Shown piece after piece: positions 47,787 through 57,558 of a stretch of 64,000 nt of DNA. This DNA comes from Nitrosopumilus sp. Its GTDB lineage: Archaea > Thermoproteota > Nitrososphaeria > Nitrososphaerales > Nitrosopumilaceae. The stretch is taken from assembly GCA_965206745.1 (NCBI GenBank), contig OZ242220.1, positions 960,001 through 1,024,000 on the forward strand, in the 5' to 3' direction. A program made the position numbers and the translations under genes. Under the pieces are notes generated by a model. It was not told the DNA's origin, did no database searches, and worked only from the letters and a program-made list of their open reading frames with translations. Each line of letters begins with the position of its first letter. The stretch's first letter is position 1.

Positions 47787-47834
47787 ACAGATGTAGTAAG
47801 CATTGCACGCATATTTAAACGAGGTGCATTGGTT

Positions 47835-47858
47835 CTCATTCCATAGAGTTAGAACAGT
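47835..47858. promoter_or_regulatory. Second, imperfect copy of the operator, upstream of the regulator-pair TATA box
   Basis: CTCATTCCA-N7-AGAACAG versus CTCATTCCA-N7-AGAATGAG at 46871. Confidence 0.45.
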
Positions 47859-48586
47859 CAGTAATTTTCAGGGGCGTCTTTGTGGGGTTCAAGACGGCCC
47901 CATAGCAGACCCAGGATAAGCCCAACTGAGAGCCAAAATGACGAGACGCCAAGCACCGACATCAGCCTGAACTCGTTGATCCAGGTCATTTGAACTGGCA
48001 CCTCATCGGGATTTTCAGGCATTGCCAAAAATACGACGCCCATTAGGGCGGCATATCCGACTAGTGATGCAAGCTTTCTCTTGCCTCGGAATCTCTTTGA
48101 TATCTTGTAAAATACGAGTGCACCCATGGCAGATATTGTGATAAGGGAGAGGTGCAGGACTGTCCTGAGAACCAGGGTCTCGGCATCCCCGACAGATGGG
48201 GGATTTGCAGGATACTTTAGAAACGGCACAAAGTACAGGGCAAGCCACATGATCCCAGCTAGGAGCAGTGATTTTTTTACATAGTTGCATCCGGGCAGCG
48301 AGTCTTTAGATAGTGCAAATATCATTCCAAACAGGGCGCCCATGGATGTCCCAAGGATCACGCCTGCCAGAACCTGTCCGCCCTTCTGCCACATCCTATA
48401 CCCTTCGTACTCTATTTGGAACTCTGGGGTGTCTTTTTGAACACCGGATTCAAACAGATTCTGGTTTTCAATTCCTATTGCATAGTCAAGATATGGCTCT
48501 ACTAGTGCAAGGTTTACTGTCCCGTGAATCAATCCTGCAAAGGCACCTGAAGCCAATATGACGGTTATGAAAAGAGCAGTCTTCAA
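47858..48586 (-). CDS. cbtA: CbtA-family cobalt transporter subunit
   Basis: EPYLDYAIGIE, PFLKYPANPPSVG, FRLMS. Confidence 0.9.
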   Translation of the reverse strand: MKTALFITVILASGAFAGLIHGTVNLALVEPYLDYAIGIENQNLFESGVQKDTPEFQIEYEGYRMWQKGGQVLAGVILGTSMGALFGMIFALSKDSLPGCNYVKKSLLLAGIMWLALYFVPFLKYPANPPSVGDAETLVLRTVLHLSLITISAMGALVFYKISKRFRGKRKLASLVGYAALMGVVFLAMPENPDEVPVQMTWINEFRLMSVLGVSSFWLSVGLILGLLWGRLEPHKDAPENY

Positions 48587-48596
48587 ATCAACTAAC

Positions 48597-48821
48597 CTAG
48601 TGGCAGGGAAAGCCTGCTGCGTGCCTCATATCGTGTGTGAGTTCGTGCAGTATCATGGGGTCTATACCTCCTGCAAGTACGTCCTCTGCATATACAAGGT
48701 TTACAATGTGTCCGTTCTCAAATGCGACTATGAACATTCCCAGCACAAAGACTGCAACTAGTGCCAGGACTGCCAGCTTTGGGATTTTTTGTTTTGATAT
48801 GTCAAGCTGGGATTCTAACAC
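48597..48821 (-). CDS. cbtB: CbtB-family cobalt transporter subunit, copy 1
   Basis: TM helix plus HELTHDMRHAAGFPCH. Confidence 0.92.
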   Translation of the reverse strand: MLESQLDISKQKIPKLAVLALVAVFVLGMFIVAFENGHIVNLVYAEDVLAGGIDPMILHELTHDMRHAAGFPCH

Positions 48822-48853
48822 ACACGGGATATTTTGTGAGATTATTTAAATTG

Positions 48854-48870
48854 TTGGACGGTTTATCCAA
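48854..48870. promoter_or_regulatory. Candidate operator between divergent TATA boxes
   Basis: TTGGA-N7-TCCAA between attatttaaa (48841-50) and tttatatatt (48871-80). Confidence 0.5.
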
Positions 48871-48899
48871 TTTATATATTTCAAAGTAGGTATTTTTTC

Positions 48900-49532
48900 G
48901 TGTTAAAGGAGATAAAGACGCTGCAAGACATTGTTGCACGGAGGGGATCAAGCAGGACACTGACGTTTAGTGCCCCGCACGTACTAAAATCCATCTTTTG
49001 TTTTGGCAATCAAAAGTATGTCAGCCGTGCGACATTTTGCAGGGAGGTCTGCCTGGGACAGGGGGCCGTAAAGACACTGATTTTGCACCTCAAGGAGTAT
49101 GGAGTGGTCTCATCTATAAGATCGGGGACCTTTCTTACCAAAAAGGGGGCAAGGCTTGCAACGGAATTTTACAGGGCCATGCCATCACAGGATTTCATAA
49201 AAGACTGCCACATGACCAACGGCAGATACAACTATGCAATACGGTTGAAAAAAGAGTATGTCTCAAAGTTGGGAAACGGGATGCAGCAGCGAGACTATGC
49301 CATATTATACGGGGCAAGCGACTCGCTGACGCTGATCTTTGAAGGAAACGAGTTTTTCTTTTCAGGGGACAGCAGGATCTGCTTTTCAGCCAGGTCTCAA
49401 ACTGGAAGGGAGTTAATTGGCCTGCTGAATCCGGAGAACCAGGATATTGTGATAATTACCTCGTCTGATGACAGGTTCGTTGCCGAGATTTCGGCAATCA
49501 ATACAGCATTGCAGACGCTTGGTGAAAAGTAA
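48900..49532 (+). CDS. Winged-HTH transcriptional regulator (DUF2111/DUF4443-like)
   Basis: SRATFCREVCLGQGAVKTLILHL...GTFLTKKG; GMQQRDYAILYGA. Confidence 0.75.
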   Translation: MLKEIKTLQDIVARRGSSRTLTFSAPHVLKSIFCFGNQKYVSRATFCREVCLGQGAVKTLILHLKEYGVVSSIRSGTFLTKKGARLATEFYRAMPSQDFIKDCHMTNGRYNYAIRLKKEYVSKLGNGMQQRDYAILYGASDSLTLIFEGNEFFFSGDSRICFSARSQTGRELIGLLNPENQDIVIITSSDDRFVAEISAINTALQTLGEK

Positions 49533-49537
49533 CAGTT

Positions 49538-49771
49538 CTAGTGGCAGGGAAAGCCTGCAGCATGCCTCATATCGTGTGTGAGTTCGTGCAGTATCATGGG
49601 GTCTATGCCTCCTGCAAGTACGTCCTCTGCATATACAAGGTTTACAATGTGTCCGTTCTCAAATGCGACTATGAACATTCCCAGCACAAAGACTGCAGCT
49701 AGTATTAGGACTGCCAGCTTTGGGATTTTTTGTTTTGATACGCTGAGCTCCGATTGCAACATGAAGGACAT
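49538..49771 (-). CDS. cbtB: CbtB-family cobalt transporter subunit, copy 2
   Basis: Near-identical to copy 1 over about 200 nt; has its own TTAAATATA box. Confidence 0.9.
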   Translation of the reverse strand: MSFMLQSELSVSKQKIPKLAVLILAAVFVLGMFIVAFENGHIVNLVYAEDVLAGGIDPMILHELTHDMRHAAGFPCH

Positions 49772-50028
49772 GGTTCTGTGAATATATTTAAGCCCTTGTA
49801 TGGCTGTTTTATCGACAAGAGTCAGGATTGTTTTTGGAATTTTTGGCAGATACTCAAAATTTTCTCATGGTATACCCTACTCTAAAAAGAACTGGCACCA
49901 TTCTATAGTATCATTCAACGGTATTACCATGCAACGATATTACCATCAGAAAAAAACCAGCATTCCAGGATATCGATTTCCCGGGAACAGTCATGCAAAT
50001 TGTGCATAACTCACGTTAAGAGGGATTC

Positions 50029-50050
50029 AAAAAAAGGAAAAAAGGAAAAT
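50029..50050 (-). terminator. Oligo-T/pyrimidine terminator of the S-layer gene
   Basis: TTTTCCTTTTTTCCTTTTTTT on the minus strand, about 17 nt after the stop. Confidence 0.65.
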
Positions 50051-50066
50051 TTGAACTAGTTTGTTT

Positions 50067-53000
50067 CTAACTTACGGTTATCTCTGTACTAACTGGTGGA
50101 GATAGTGCTGTCGGATTGCTCAAGGATTCCCATGCAAATGCAGTGATTTTGTAATCTCCTGCACTAGTTGGAGTCCATGAAACTGCCGAGCTAAATGACT
50201 GACCGCCATATAGTGAGCCTATAATCCACGAGAGTGAGACTGTAACGCCGTTACCATCTTGAATCTGTACCAAGTATGCAAATTCTTGATCCTTGTCCTG
50301 ACCACTTGCCAAATCGGCAGTAACCTGTACCTGTTGATCGACTGAAATAGTATCTAAACTATTTTCAAAGGAATCAAGAGGTCTCAAGTTGCTAACGACT
50401 ACCCTCTCTAGAGGTGGTACGACTGTACCAATCAGAGTGGTGGCAGTAATCTCAAGTTCATCTGCAGTTGAGTACGGATCTGGCAGGGTATTGTCCTCGT
50501 ATTCTACGGTGACTGTGTCACCTTCTGCGACTCTGAGTCTGTGACCTTCGGATTTATCGCCCAGTGTAAAGAACACTGTGCCCTCGAAGATACCAGTTGC
50601 CTCATTAGTCTCAGTTACGGTTAGGTCAATACCTCCAGAATCGGAGTCAGACCACACGTCGACATCAAAGTTGTCGACTGCTTCTGGATCCAAGTTAACG
50701 TCTGGGTCAATTACTCTTACAACACCTGTTCCGGTGGCCGGATAGCTTGCCTCTAACCACTGTACCTCACCAATATTCCATCTGATTAATGCTGAGCCGA
50801 CTACTGTCTCATCCTCTGAGAATTCAAAGGAGACTGTTAGTCCGTCATCATCATCAGCTTGTAGGAATCCGTTGGTTGGGCCTTCGCCTTCGGTTCTTGG
50901 TGATGTGTCATCACCTGCAACACCATCGGCATCATGGTGGAATCCTGTAAGGATTACCTCACCAGTAAAGATGCCTGTATCAGTACCAGTTTCAACAAGC
51001 CTGTATTGATCGAGATCGTTACCTCTGGTAGCGATCGTTACGGGATCCCTCTCGGTTTCTCCGATTTCGTCAACTAGGTCACTGTCAAAGTTGTGATCTG
51101 GTGCGACAATGGTAATGTAGACCTTGTCAGTCCATGTGTAGACCTTTTGGTCAAGCTCCACAGTTGCTCCAAAGTTTGAAGTGAACAATGTCAAGTTGAC
51201 ATCCTCATCTTCATCACCTACATAGTCAGAACCTGATGGACCCCAATCCGTATACTCTAAGAGGATCTCTTCCCCTCTTTCAAGAGGATCGCCATCCAAT
51301 GCTTCGGGAACTTCGATGACAATCTGGAAGATACCAGTACTGTCACCTGTTTCTCTAAAGTCGAGTGGTTCAGGATCAAATAGTGCTCCTGCGCCGTCAG
51401 CATCACCCATGGTGACAGTGGCAGCATCAGAATCCCATTCGATTAGGTCCAAGTCATAAGTCTCGGCCTGATCATTGTCCAGATCCAAGTCTGGCTCAAT
51501 GAGGGTCAAGATCATGTCAGATCCGATAATATATACAGATTTGTCAGATTGCAATACGCCGTTTCTCAGGTCAAATGTGGCTGAATCAGTCACAGTATTG
51601 ACATCACCAGAAGCATCAGTTGGATCAGTGTATTCAACTTGGAGAATATCTCCTTGTAGGATACAGTGCTTTCCTGGGATTACTGTGTCTTGCGGAACAG
51701 TAAATCTATCTAGTACGTCACCAGATCGACTGCCATCAGATATCAGATACTGAGTTGTATCTGGACATGATGAACTTGCCGGACCGTCAGTGTATCGGAC
51801 TGTGATATCAGCTTCAAATATGCCTGCATCTGGTGCGATTTCACTGATTGGGCCAAACTCTGGCACAGTGGATCTGTTTTGAGCTATATCGTCAACATTA
51901 ATCTTACCACCTTGGGTTGCCTCACCACCAGCGTATGTTAGTACGACTGTGTTTGAGCCTCTGATAACAGATACCTTGACAGGTCCTAATCCAGTTACTG
52001 GATCGACATATGCAATGGTATCTTCACCGGATGCTGAAACATCCCAATCTGGATCGTTAATTCTAACGTGAATCGTTAGATCTCCCGCGTTTAAGTATTC
52101 ACCAGAATCCAAACCAGTTGTTTGGTCGGAAATTCCGAGTCCATTTACACCTGATTGGTGGATTGGGAATAGTGAACGACGGTTGTTGTTATCGATACTT
52201 GGGGCATGTGAAGTGTTATCCTCAGGGTTATAGTCAGCAGGTATACCAAATGGTACTGGATAGACTGTTCTATCAAGACTTACCGAACCAGTGTTTGCGC
52301 GAACGCCTGCACTGTCTCCTACCTCAATGACTTCACCGCTAGCGTCTCTAAAGTCAACATAGTTGACTTCAATATCAAGACCTGTTGCGGTTTCTAATCC
52401 ATTAGTAGGATGGCACCATTGAGCTGGAATTTGGAAGCTGCCAACGAATCTGCCAGAGTCTCTGCTAGTCTCACCTAGAGTGAAACCAGTTGAACCCAAG
52501 CCTACATTGGCATCACTCCCTATACAGGTTGAATGTTCGCCTTCTGTCCAAGTTTGGTCATCAAATGTGACATCTAGTAGTCTGCCGAGTTGATCACCGT
52601 TACTTAGTGTAACAGATGTGCCTCCACCAGTTACGTGTGAACTGCCAACAACGTCATAGTTATCATCAGTAGCGTTTCGGACTATGGTATAGACGTCCTT
52701 CGTTTCAGAATCCACGTTCAGATCCAAGTCATCTACTGTAATTATTACGGTATCAGCAGTCTTGTATGAGTCGCTGTCAAATGATACGACACCAGAGTGG
52801 CTCGGAGCTGCTTCTTGATCAGATACCTGCGTTGAAACACCATCCTCACCCAAGTCAAAGTAAGTGACTCTGACATCATCTTCGTCAGTCAGATCCTCAA
52901 TTACGATGAAATCTGGGTCATCTGCGATTGTAGAGAGACCAAGATATGTACTTAGGTCGTTGATGTTTAGCTGGTTGATCATGGTGTATTCCAAGGTACC

Positions 53001-55232
53001 TGCAAAGGTACTTGTGTTGTCACCTGTCTCTTCAGCTTCAATTCTGATGATTTGGTTTGCGATCCTATCGGATCCTACCAAGCCGTCATTGTTGAAACCA
53101 AAGGAGAAGAAGTCTGCAACGATTGGATATTTCTTTGAACCGTCAACTACCATAGGAGGACTGAATTCAAATACTAATCCAACGTCGAAGGTCTCCCTAA
53201 GACTTGGACTAAATAGATTTCCTGTTACATCCTCAAGGGATAGATAATCCTGTGCGTCACCATTGGTAACTATTCTGACTGCGCTAGTACCGTTTTCGAA
53301 TGCACCAGTAGTAGCATTGATTGGCGTAGTGAATCCAGGATATACAAGATAGATATCCACACTGTTTTCAGCTGCACCTAGACTTCTAATGTCATAGTTG
53401 ATCAGGTTGAAGCCAGTGAAAGAGTCATCTCGGTTATCATTTATGCTGTCACGTATGTCTCTCATTGTAGAGCTCAAATCGATAGCAATTGAACCAATTG
53501 AAGTTGGAGTATCTGGTGCGTCGAATTGAATTATAGCTCGTTCACTAAAGGTTTCAACAGTTGCATTACCCTGTGTTAGAGCGCCAGTCATTATATCGAT
53601 TCTAGTTCTACCAGTACCATCACTGGATATAGAATTCGAACCCACACCGTCAGGACCTTCATCTATAAGATCAGCATGACCTACTACTCGCAGTACTCGT
53701 TCACTTTCACCCAAAGTGAATGGATCACCAAGGGTTATGGTTGGAATGAGTCCTACGTTTGGATCAAACAAATCCAAGTCTTCTTCAACTTTACTGTTCT
53801 TGTTGGCATCACCATCTATGATAATTACCGGGATTATTTCACCCGAGTTCCATTCATCATCAGATGCTTTGATGTCAATTACGGCAGTATCAAATTCGGC
53901 TGAAATTGAATGACCGACTTCATTGTACTCTATAACGGCAGTTGTGCCCCTTTCTGCATTACTTGTAATTTTCAATACTGATACATCTTGCTCATCATAT
54001 GTGGCAAAGATGCCAGTGTTGACCTCTTGTTCAGTAAGAGTTACAGGCCATGAACCTTCACCCAGTATAAGAGCGGGGTCGTTAGTACCTGTAGCGGTAA
54101 GATTATTCACCCCAAAGATATCAGGGTTGTTGGTATCACCGCTTGTACCTAAAATCACAAGATCAGTATCAACATTATCCTGAATGGTGACTACAGGAAT
54201 GTTTACATTATTTTGAGCAATAACATCAAGTAGCAATCTACAATTGGTTTCACACTGCATAGCACGACGTGAATCTTGAATATCGATTACATCACCAGCA
54301 AGTCGACCGTTCTCATCGAATACTTGGTAGTATACACCACCAGGTTGGATGTTAGATCCTTCTACACTTGCAAGGTTATTCTCGTCTTGGAGATTTGTAT
54401 TAAACGTCCAAGAGTCTTCGTCAGTTGGGTCGATGTTTAACCACCAGTCTGTAACTGTGGCATGCACTTGTGTATTATGTGAATACTTTGCCCTATCCAA
54501 TTCGAGCTTGGCAAATTGTTCAACGCTATCAAAGGTAAGTGTCGTTGATTGAACGCCACCTGCTGCATTGTATAGTACGTTGACATTTCCACCTTTTGCC
54601 AAATTGTATAGTTGTATGAAGGGCCAATAGTTTGGATTAATACCGATTTGTCCTGCTACTTCGGGAGATGGGAATCCGTTGATATCCCTCTCTTGACGAA
54701 GAACATTTTGGTTATCTGTATCGTCTAGTGGAGCAGTACAACGACCGTCATCCTCAACTGTGGGCATGGAGCCTACATACATTCCGACTGTTTCAGTTAT
54801 TGAAACTATACTACCACTGCCACTGATATCGGTATTCTCACTACAGAAAGTACCAAAGTCCAATCCAGAACCGGCAAATCGTTCTGCTACGGTTCCATCT
54901 GCGATTAGGGCTTGATCTTTATCTGCAAAGTAACCATACCAGGTACCATCAGAGGCTTGAACCATTCTAAGTTTGTTGCCATTGATGGTGACGTCAGGTT
55001 CACCTTTTGACTCGTTTGTCTCATTGATGTCAGAATTTATGACCTTGACCTCAATTACTTGAGGACCAGACATGTAGTTGTCAAACTGGGACTGTTCTGC
55101 GGAAACCCTTAGGTTAGCGTTGAGTGCAAATGCCTCCGGCGTTACGCCAGGTGCGGCAATTGTCAGACCACCAGCTAACATTATTGTCATAAGCGTTAGA
55201 CTAGTTATTTTTCGTTTTATTTCGTTATACAT
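50067..55232 (-). CDS. S-layer protein, Nitrosopumilus type
   Basis: MYNEIKRKITSLTLMTIMLAGG signal; repeated ETGxxTGIFxG Ig-like units; very acidic; C-terminal FAWESLSNPTALSPP. Confidence 0.9.
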   Translation of the reverse strand: MYNEIKRKITSLTLMTIMLAGGLTIAAPGVTPEAFALNANLRVSAEQSQFDNYMSGPQVIEVKVINSDINETNESKGEPDVTINGNKLRMVQASDGTWYGYFADKDQALIADGTVAERFAGSGLDFGTFCSENTDISGSGSIVSITETVGMYVGSMPTVEDDGRCTAPLDDTDNQNVLRQERDINGFPSPEVAGQIGINPNYWPFIQLYNLAKGGNVNVLYNAAGGVQSTTLTFDSVEQFAKLELDRAKYSHNTQVHATVTDWWLNIDPTDEDSWTFNTNLQDENNLASVEGSNIQPGGVYYQVFDENGRLAGDVIDIQDSRRAMQCETNCRLLLDVIAQNNVNIPVVTIQDNVDTDLVILGTSGDTNNPDIFGVNNLTATGTNDPALILGEGSWPVTLTEQEVNTGIFATYDEQDVSVLKITSNAERGTTAVIEYNEVGHSISAEFDTAVIDIKASDDEWNSGEIIPVIIIDGDANKNSKVEEDLDLFDPNVGLIPTITLGDPFTLGESERVLRVVGHADLIDEGPDGVGSNSISSDGTGRTRIDIMTGALTQGNATVETFSERAIIQFDAPDTPTSIGSIAIDLSSTMRDIRDSINDNRDDSFTGFNLINYDIRSLGAAENSVDIYLVYPGFTTPINATTGAFENGTSAVRIVTNGDAQDYLSLEDVTGNLFSPSLRETFDVGLVFEFSPPMVVDGSKKYPIVADFFSFGFNNDGLVGSDRIANQIIRIEAEETGDNTSTFAGTLEYTMINQLNINDLSTYLGLSTIADDPDFIVIEDLTDEDDVRVTYFDLGEDGVSTQVSDQEAAPSHSGVVSFDSDSYKTADTVIITVDDLDLNVDSETKDVYTIVRNATDDNYDVVGSSHVTGGGTSVTLSNGDQLGRLLDVTFDDQTWTEGEHSTCIGSDANVGLGSTGFTLGETSRDSGRFVGSFQIPAQWCHPTNGLETATGLDIEVNYVDFRDASGEVIEVGDSAGVRANTGSVSLDRTVYPVPFGIPADYNPEDNTSHAPSIDNNNRRSLFPIHQSGVNGLGISDQTTGLDSGEYLNAGDLTIHVRINDPDWDVSASGEDTIAYVDPVTGLGPVKVSVIRGSNTVVLTYAGGEATQGGKINVDDIAQNRSTVPEFGPISEIAPDAGIFEADITVRYTDGPASSSCPDTTQYLISDGSRSGDVLDRFTVPQDTVIPGKHCILQGDILQVEYTDPTDASGDVNTVTDSATFDLRNGVLQSDKSVYIIGSDMILTLIEPDLDLDNDQAETYDLDLIEWDSDAATVTMGDADGAGALFDPEPLDFRETGDSTGIFQIVIEVPEALDGDPLERGEEILLEYTDWGPSGSDYVGDEDEDVNLTLFTSNFGATVELDQKVYTWTDKVYITIVAPDHNFDSDLVDEIGETERDPVTIATRGNDLDQYRLVETGTDTGIFTGEVILTGFHHDADGVAGDDTSPRTEGEGPTNGFLQADDDDGLTVSFEFSEDETVVGSALIRWNIGEVQWLEASYPATGTGVVRVIDPDVNLDPEAVDNFDVDVWSDSDSGGIDLTVTETNEATGIFEGTVFFTLGDKSEGHRLRVAEGDTVTVEYEDNTLPDPYSTADELEITATTLIGTVVPPLERVVVSNLRPLDSFENSLDTISVDQQVQVTADLASGQDKDQEFAYLVQIQDGNGVTVSLSWIIGSLYGGQSFSSAVSWTPTSAGDYKITAFAWESLSNPTALSPPVSTEITVS

Positions 55233-55581
55233 GTTATTGATTTTTTACTCTGAAATGAGTATTTAATGTTAATGGACGAATCATTCACAAGATATGACCC
55301 AGATTTTGATCCCATATTCAGATGCAGAGCACGAATTGGACTTGAAAAAATCATGCCTGATGCAGGAAACGATTGGGAGGATATATTTTTCTGGAATTGA
55401 GATAATCTTTCTAGAGTCAAATGTATGGGTCATCTTGTAAATCTCTCATAGTCTGAATTTGCGTGATGTGAACAGAAAAGTTACTCTGAAGGACTTGCAG
55501 ATAAATATTGATGCCCCAATACAGGGTTACTCCAAGAGGCAAACAGACAAGATATTTACTTGAAATAAAACTTGTTCTCAT

Positions 55582-56226
55582 ATGAAACAATTTTACTTGT
55601 TGCTGATACCCGTTTTAATCGGCATAGTTACCGGGATGTTTTTGGCGTTTTACCCCGAATCAGAGACAGAACCAAACATATTCACTGCCTCAAAACTGAT
55701 CAACGGAGGTTCCCCAATCATTGGCAACTCTGATGCGCCAATCACCATCTTGGAATGGGGGGATTATCAGTGTACATACTGCTACAAATTTCACCAAAGC
55801 ACTCTAGATACAATAAAAGAAGATTTCATCAAGACAGGCAAAGTCAAATTGCTCTTCAAAGACTTTCCATTAAACGGTCCTGATTCATTGCTGGCTGCAG
55901 AGGCATCACACTGTGCAGAGGATCAAAAAAAATACTGGCAATATCACGACGAACTGTACAAGAACTGGGGAGGGGAGAGAACAGGATGGATTACCAGAGA
56001 GTCATTGTCAGATTTTGCAGATGCAGTAAACCTGGATTTGAATGAATTTGACAAGTGCCTCAATGAACACAGATATCAAGACAAAGTTAGCGCAATACAT
56101 GAGTTTGGAAAGGAGATAGGAATTGATGCAACACCGTCATTTTTGGTGTTCAATGGAGAGAATATTATCAAAATCAGGGGAAACCAGCCACTAGAGGTAT
56201 TCCTCAAAACATTTGAGGAACTATGA
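55582..56226 (+). CDS. DsbA-family thiol-disulfide oxidoreductase
   Basis: GDYQCTYC, KDFPL, ATPSF; N-terminal TM helix. Confidence 0.92.
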   Translation: MKQFYLLLIPVLIGIVTGMFLAFYPESETEPNIFTASKLINGGSPIIGNSDAPITILEWGDYQCTYCYKFHQSTLDTIKEDFIKTGKVKLLFKDFPLNGPDSLLAAEASHCAEDQKKYWQYHDELYKNWGGERTGWITRESLSDFADAVNLDLNEFDKCLNEHRYQDKVSAIHEFGKEIGIDATPSFLVFNGENIIKIRGNQPLEVFLKTFEEL

Positions 56227-56277
56227 TTTTGAAAAATCAATCAAAAAGATATATTCGCAAATCATGGATACAACGTA

Positions 56278-57558
56278 ATGCCCAAGATTGACATTGAGAA
56301 ACAGGATTCTGTAAAAATCTACAAAATCAGGAAGACACTCGAAGAGTTGTCGCAAAAATCAGGCAGAGGTACAGAGCTAATCACGGTATACATTCCAAAA
56401 GGAAAGCAGTTGCATGAAATTATCAATTCACTTCAGCAGGAACAGGGTACTGCAGACAACATAAAATCGGATTTGACAAGATCACACGTTGTTGATTCTC
56501 TGGGCAAAGTTATCCAGAGATTAAAACTGTACAAAAAAACTCCAGAAAAAGGACTGGTGATGTTTTGCGGAGCGTTGCCTCCCGAAGAGGGAGGCCCCCT
56601 AGGAAGTGAAGTGGTCAAGGTTTGGGAGATAGACCCTCCAAAAGATCTGAATCAGTATCTTTACAGATGCGATGATCATTTCCATGTAGACATACTAAAG
56701 GACATGCTAAAGGATGACAATCTGATAGGATTTCTTGCAATAGATGCAAAAGATGCAGGTTGGGGATTGTTACACGGGGACAAAATAGAAGTGCTAAACC
56801 ATACAGGTTCCGGAGTGGCTGGAAAACACAGGCAAGGGGGACAGTCAGCAAAGAGATTCCAAAAGCTAAGAGAGATGGAATTGAGTTACTTTTACAACAG
56901 AGTCGCACAGACCACTAGGGAATATTTTATTGACATTTACCCAGTAAAGGGACTGATCATTTCAGGTCCAGGACCCACAAAGGAGGATTTTATCAACGGG
57001 AACTATCTAGAATACAGATTGCAAAACAACATCATCAATACAATTGACGCATCATATTCTGGAGCTGAGGGAATAAGAGAAGCGTTTCAGAAATCCTCGG
57101 ATATCTTAGGCAACTTTAGAATGGTCGAAGAGAAAAAAATGGTAGAGGATCTATTCAGAGAGATAAACACAAACACGGGAAAAGGCGCCTACGGTTTGCA
57201 CGAGGTGGTAGAGTATTTGAAAAACAACGTAGTTCAGACTTTGCTAATCACAGACAATACAAACATGCACAGAGTCGAGGGAAAATGCAAGCGTTGCCAA
57301 CACGTTCAAGAGGAGATTGTTGAAAGGCCGCTAGTCATTCCAAAAAAGACGGAATACTCATCCAGGTCATGTCCCGGATGCAATGCAATGGAGGTAAAAG
57401 TCAACGAGCAAGACATTGTGGACTATTTGGAGATACTCTCATCAAAAGCAGGCTCCCAGTTGGAAGTTATTTCTGGAAGTGCAGAACATGGAAACAACCT
57501 TTCAAGCTTGGGGAAAATCGGAGCTATCTTAAGATACAATCCGGGTCATGCTAAATAA
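56278..57558 (+). CDS. prf1: Peptide chain release factor aRF1
   Basis: GTELIT, NIKS, YRCD, GGQS, GAILRY. Confidence 0.97.
   Translation: MPKIDIEKQDSVKIYKIRKTLEELSQKSGRGTELITVYIPKGKQLHEIINSLQQEQGTADNIKSDLTRSHVVDSLGKVIQRLKLYKKTPEKGLVMFCGALPPEEGGPLGSEVVKVWEIDPPKDLNQYLYRCDDHFHVDILKDMLKDDNLIGFLAIDAKDAGWGLLHGDKIEVLNHTGSGVAGKHRQGGQSAKRFQKLREMELSYFYNRVAQTTREYFIDIYPVKGLIISGPGPTKEDFINGNYLEYRLQNNIINTIDASYSGAEGIREAFQKSSDILGNFRMVEEKKMVEDLFREINTNTGKGAYGLHEVVEYLKNNVVQTLLITDNTNMHRVEGKCKRCQHVQEEIVERPLVIPKKTEYSSRSCPGCNAMEVKVNEQDIVDYLEILSSKAGSQLEVISGSAEHGNNLSSLGKIGAILRYNPGHAK

Noticed and set aside
48822-48899. Cobalamin riboswitch upstream of cbtB
   Set aside because: Gap is only ~78 nt, AT-rich and lacks B12-box features
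55272-55400. 42-aa ORF divergent from the S-layer gene
   Set aside because: Its promoter would overlap the S-layer promoter and start; no motif support
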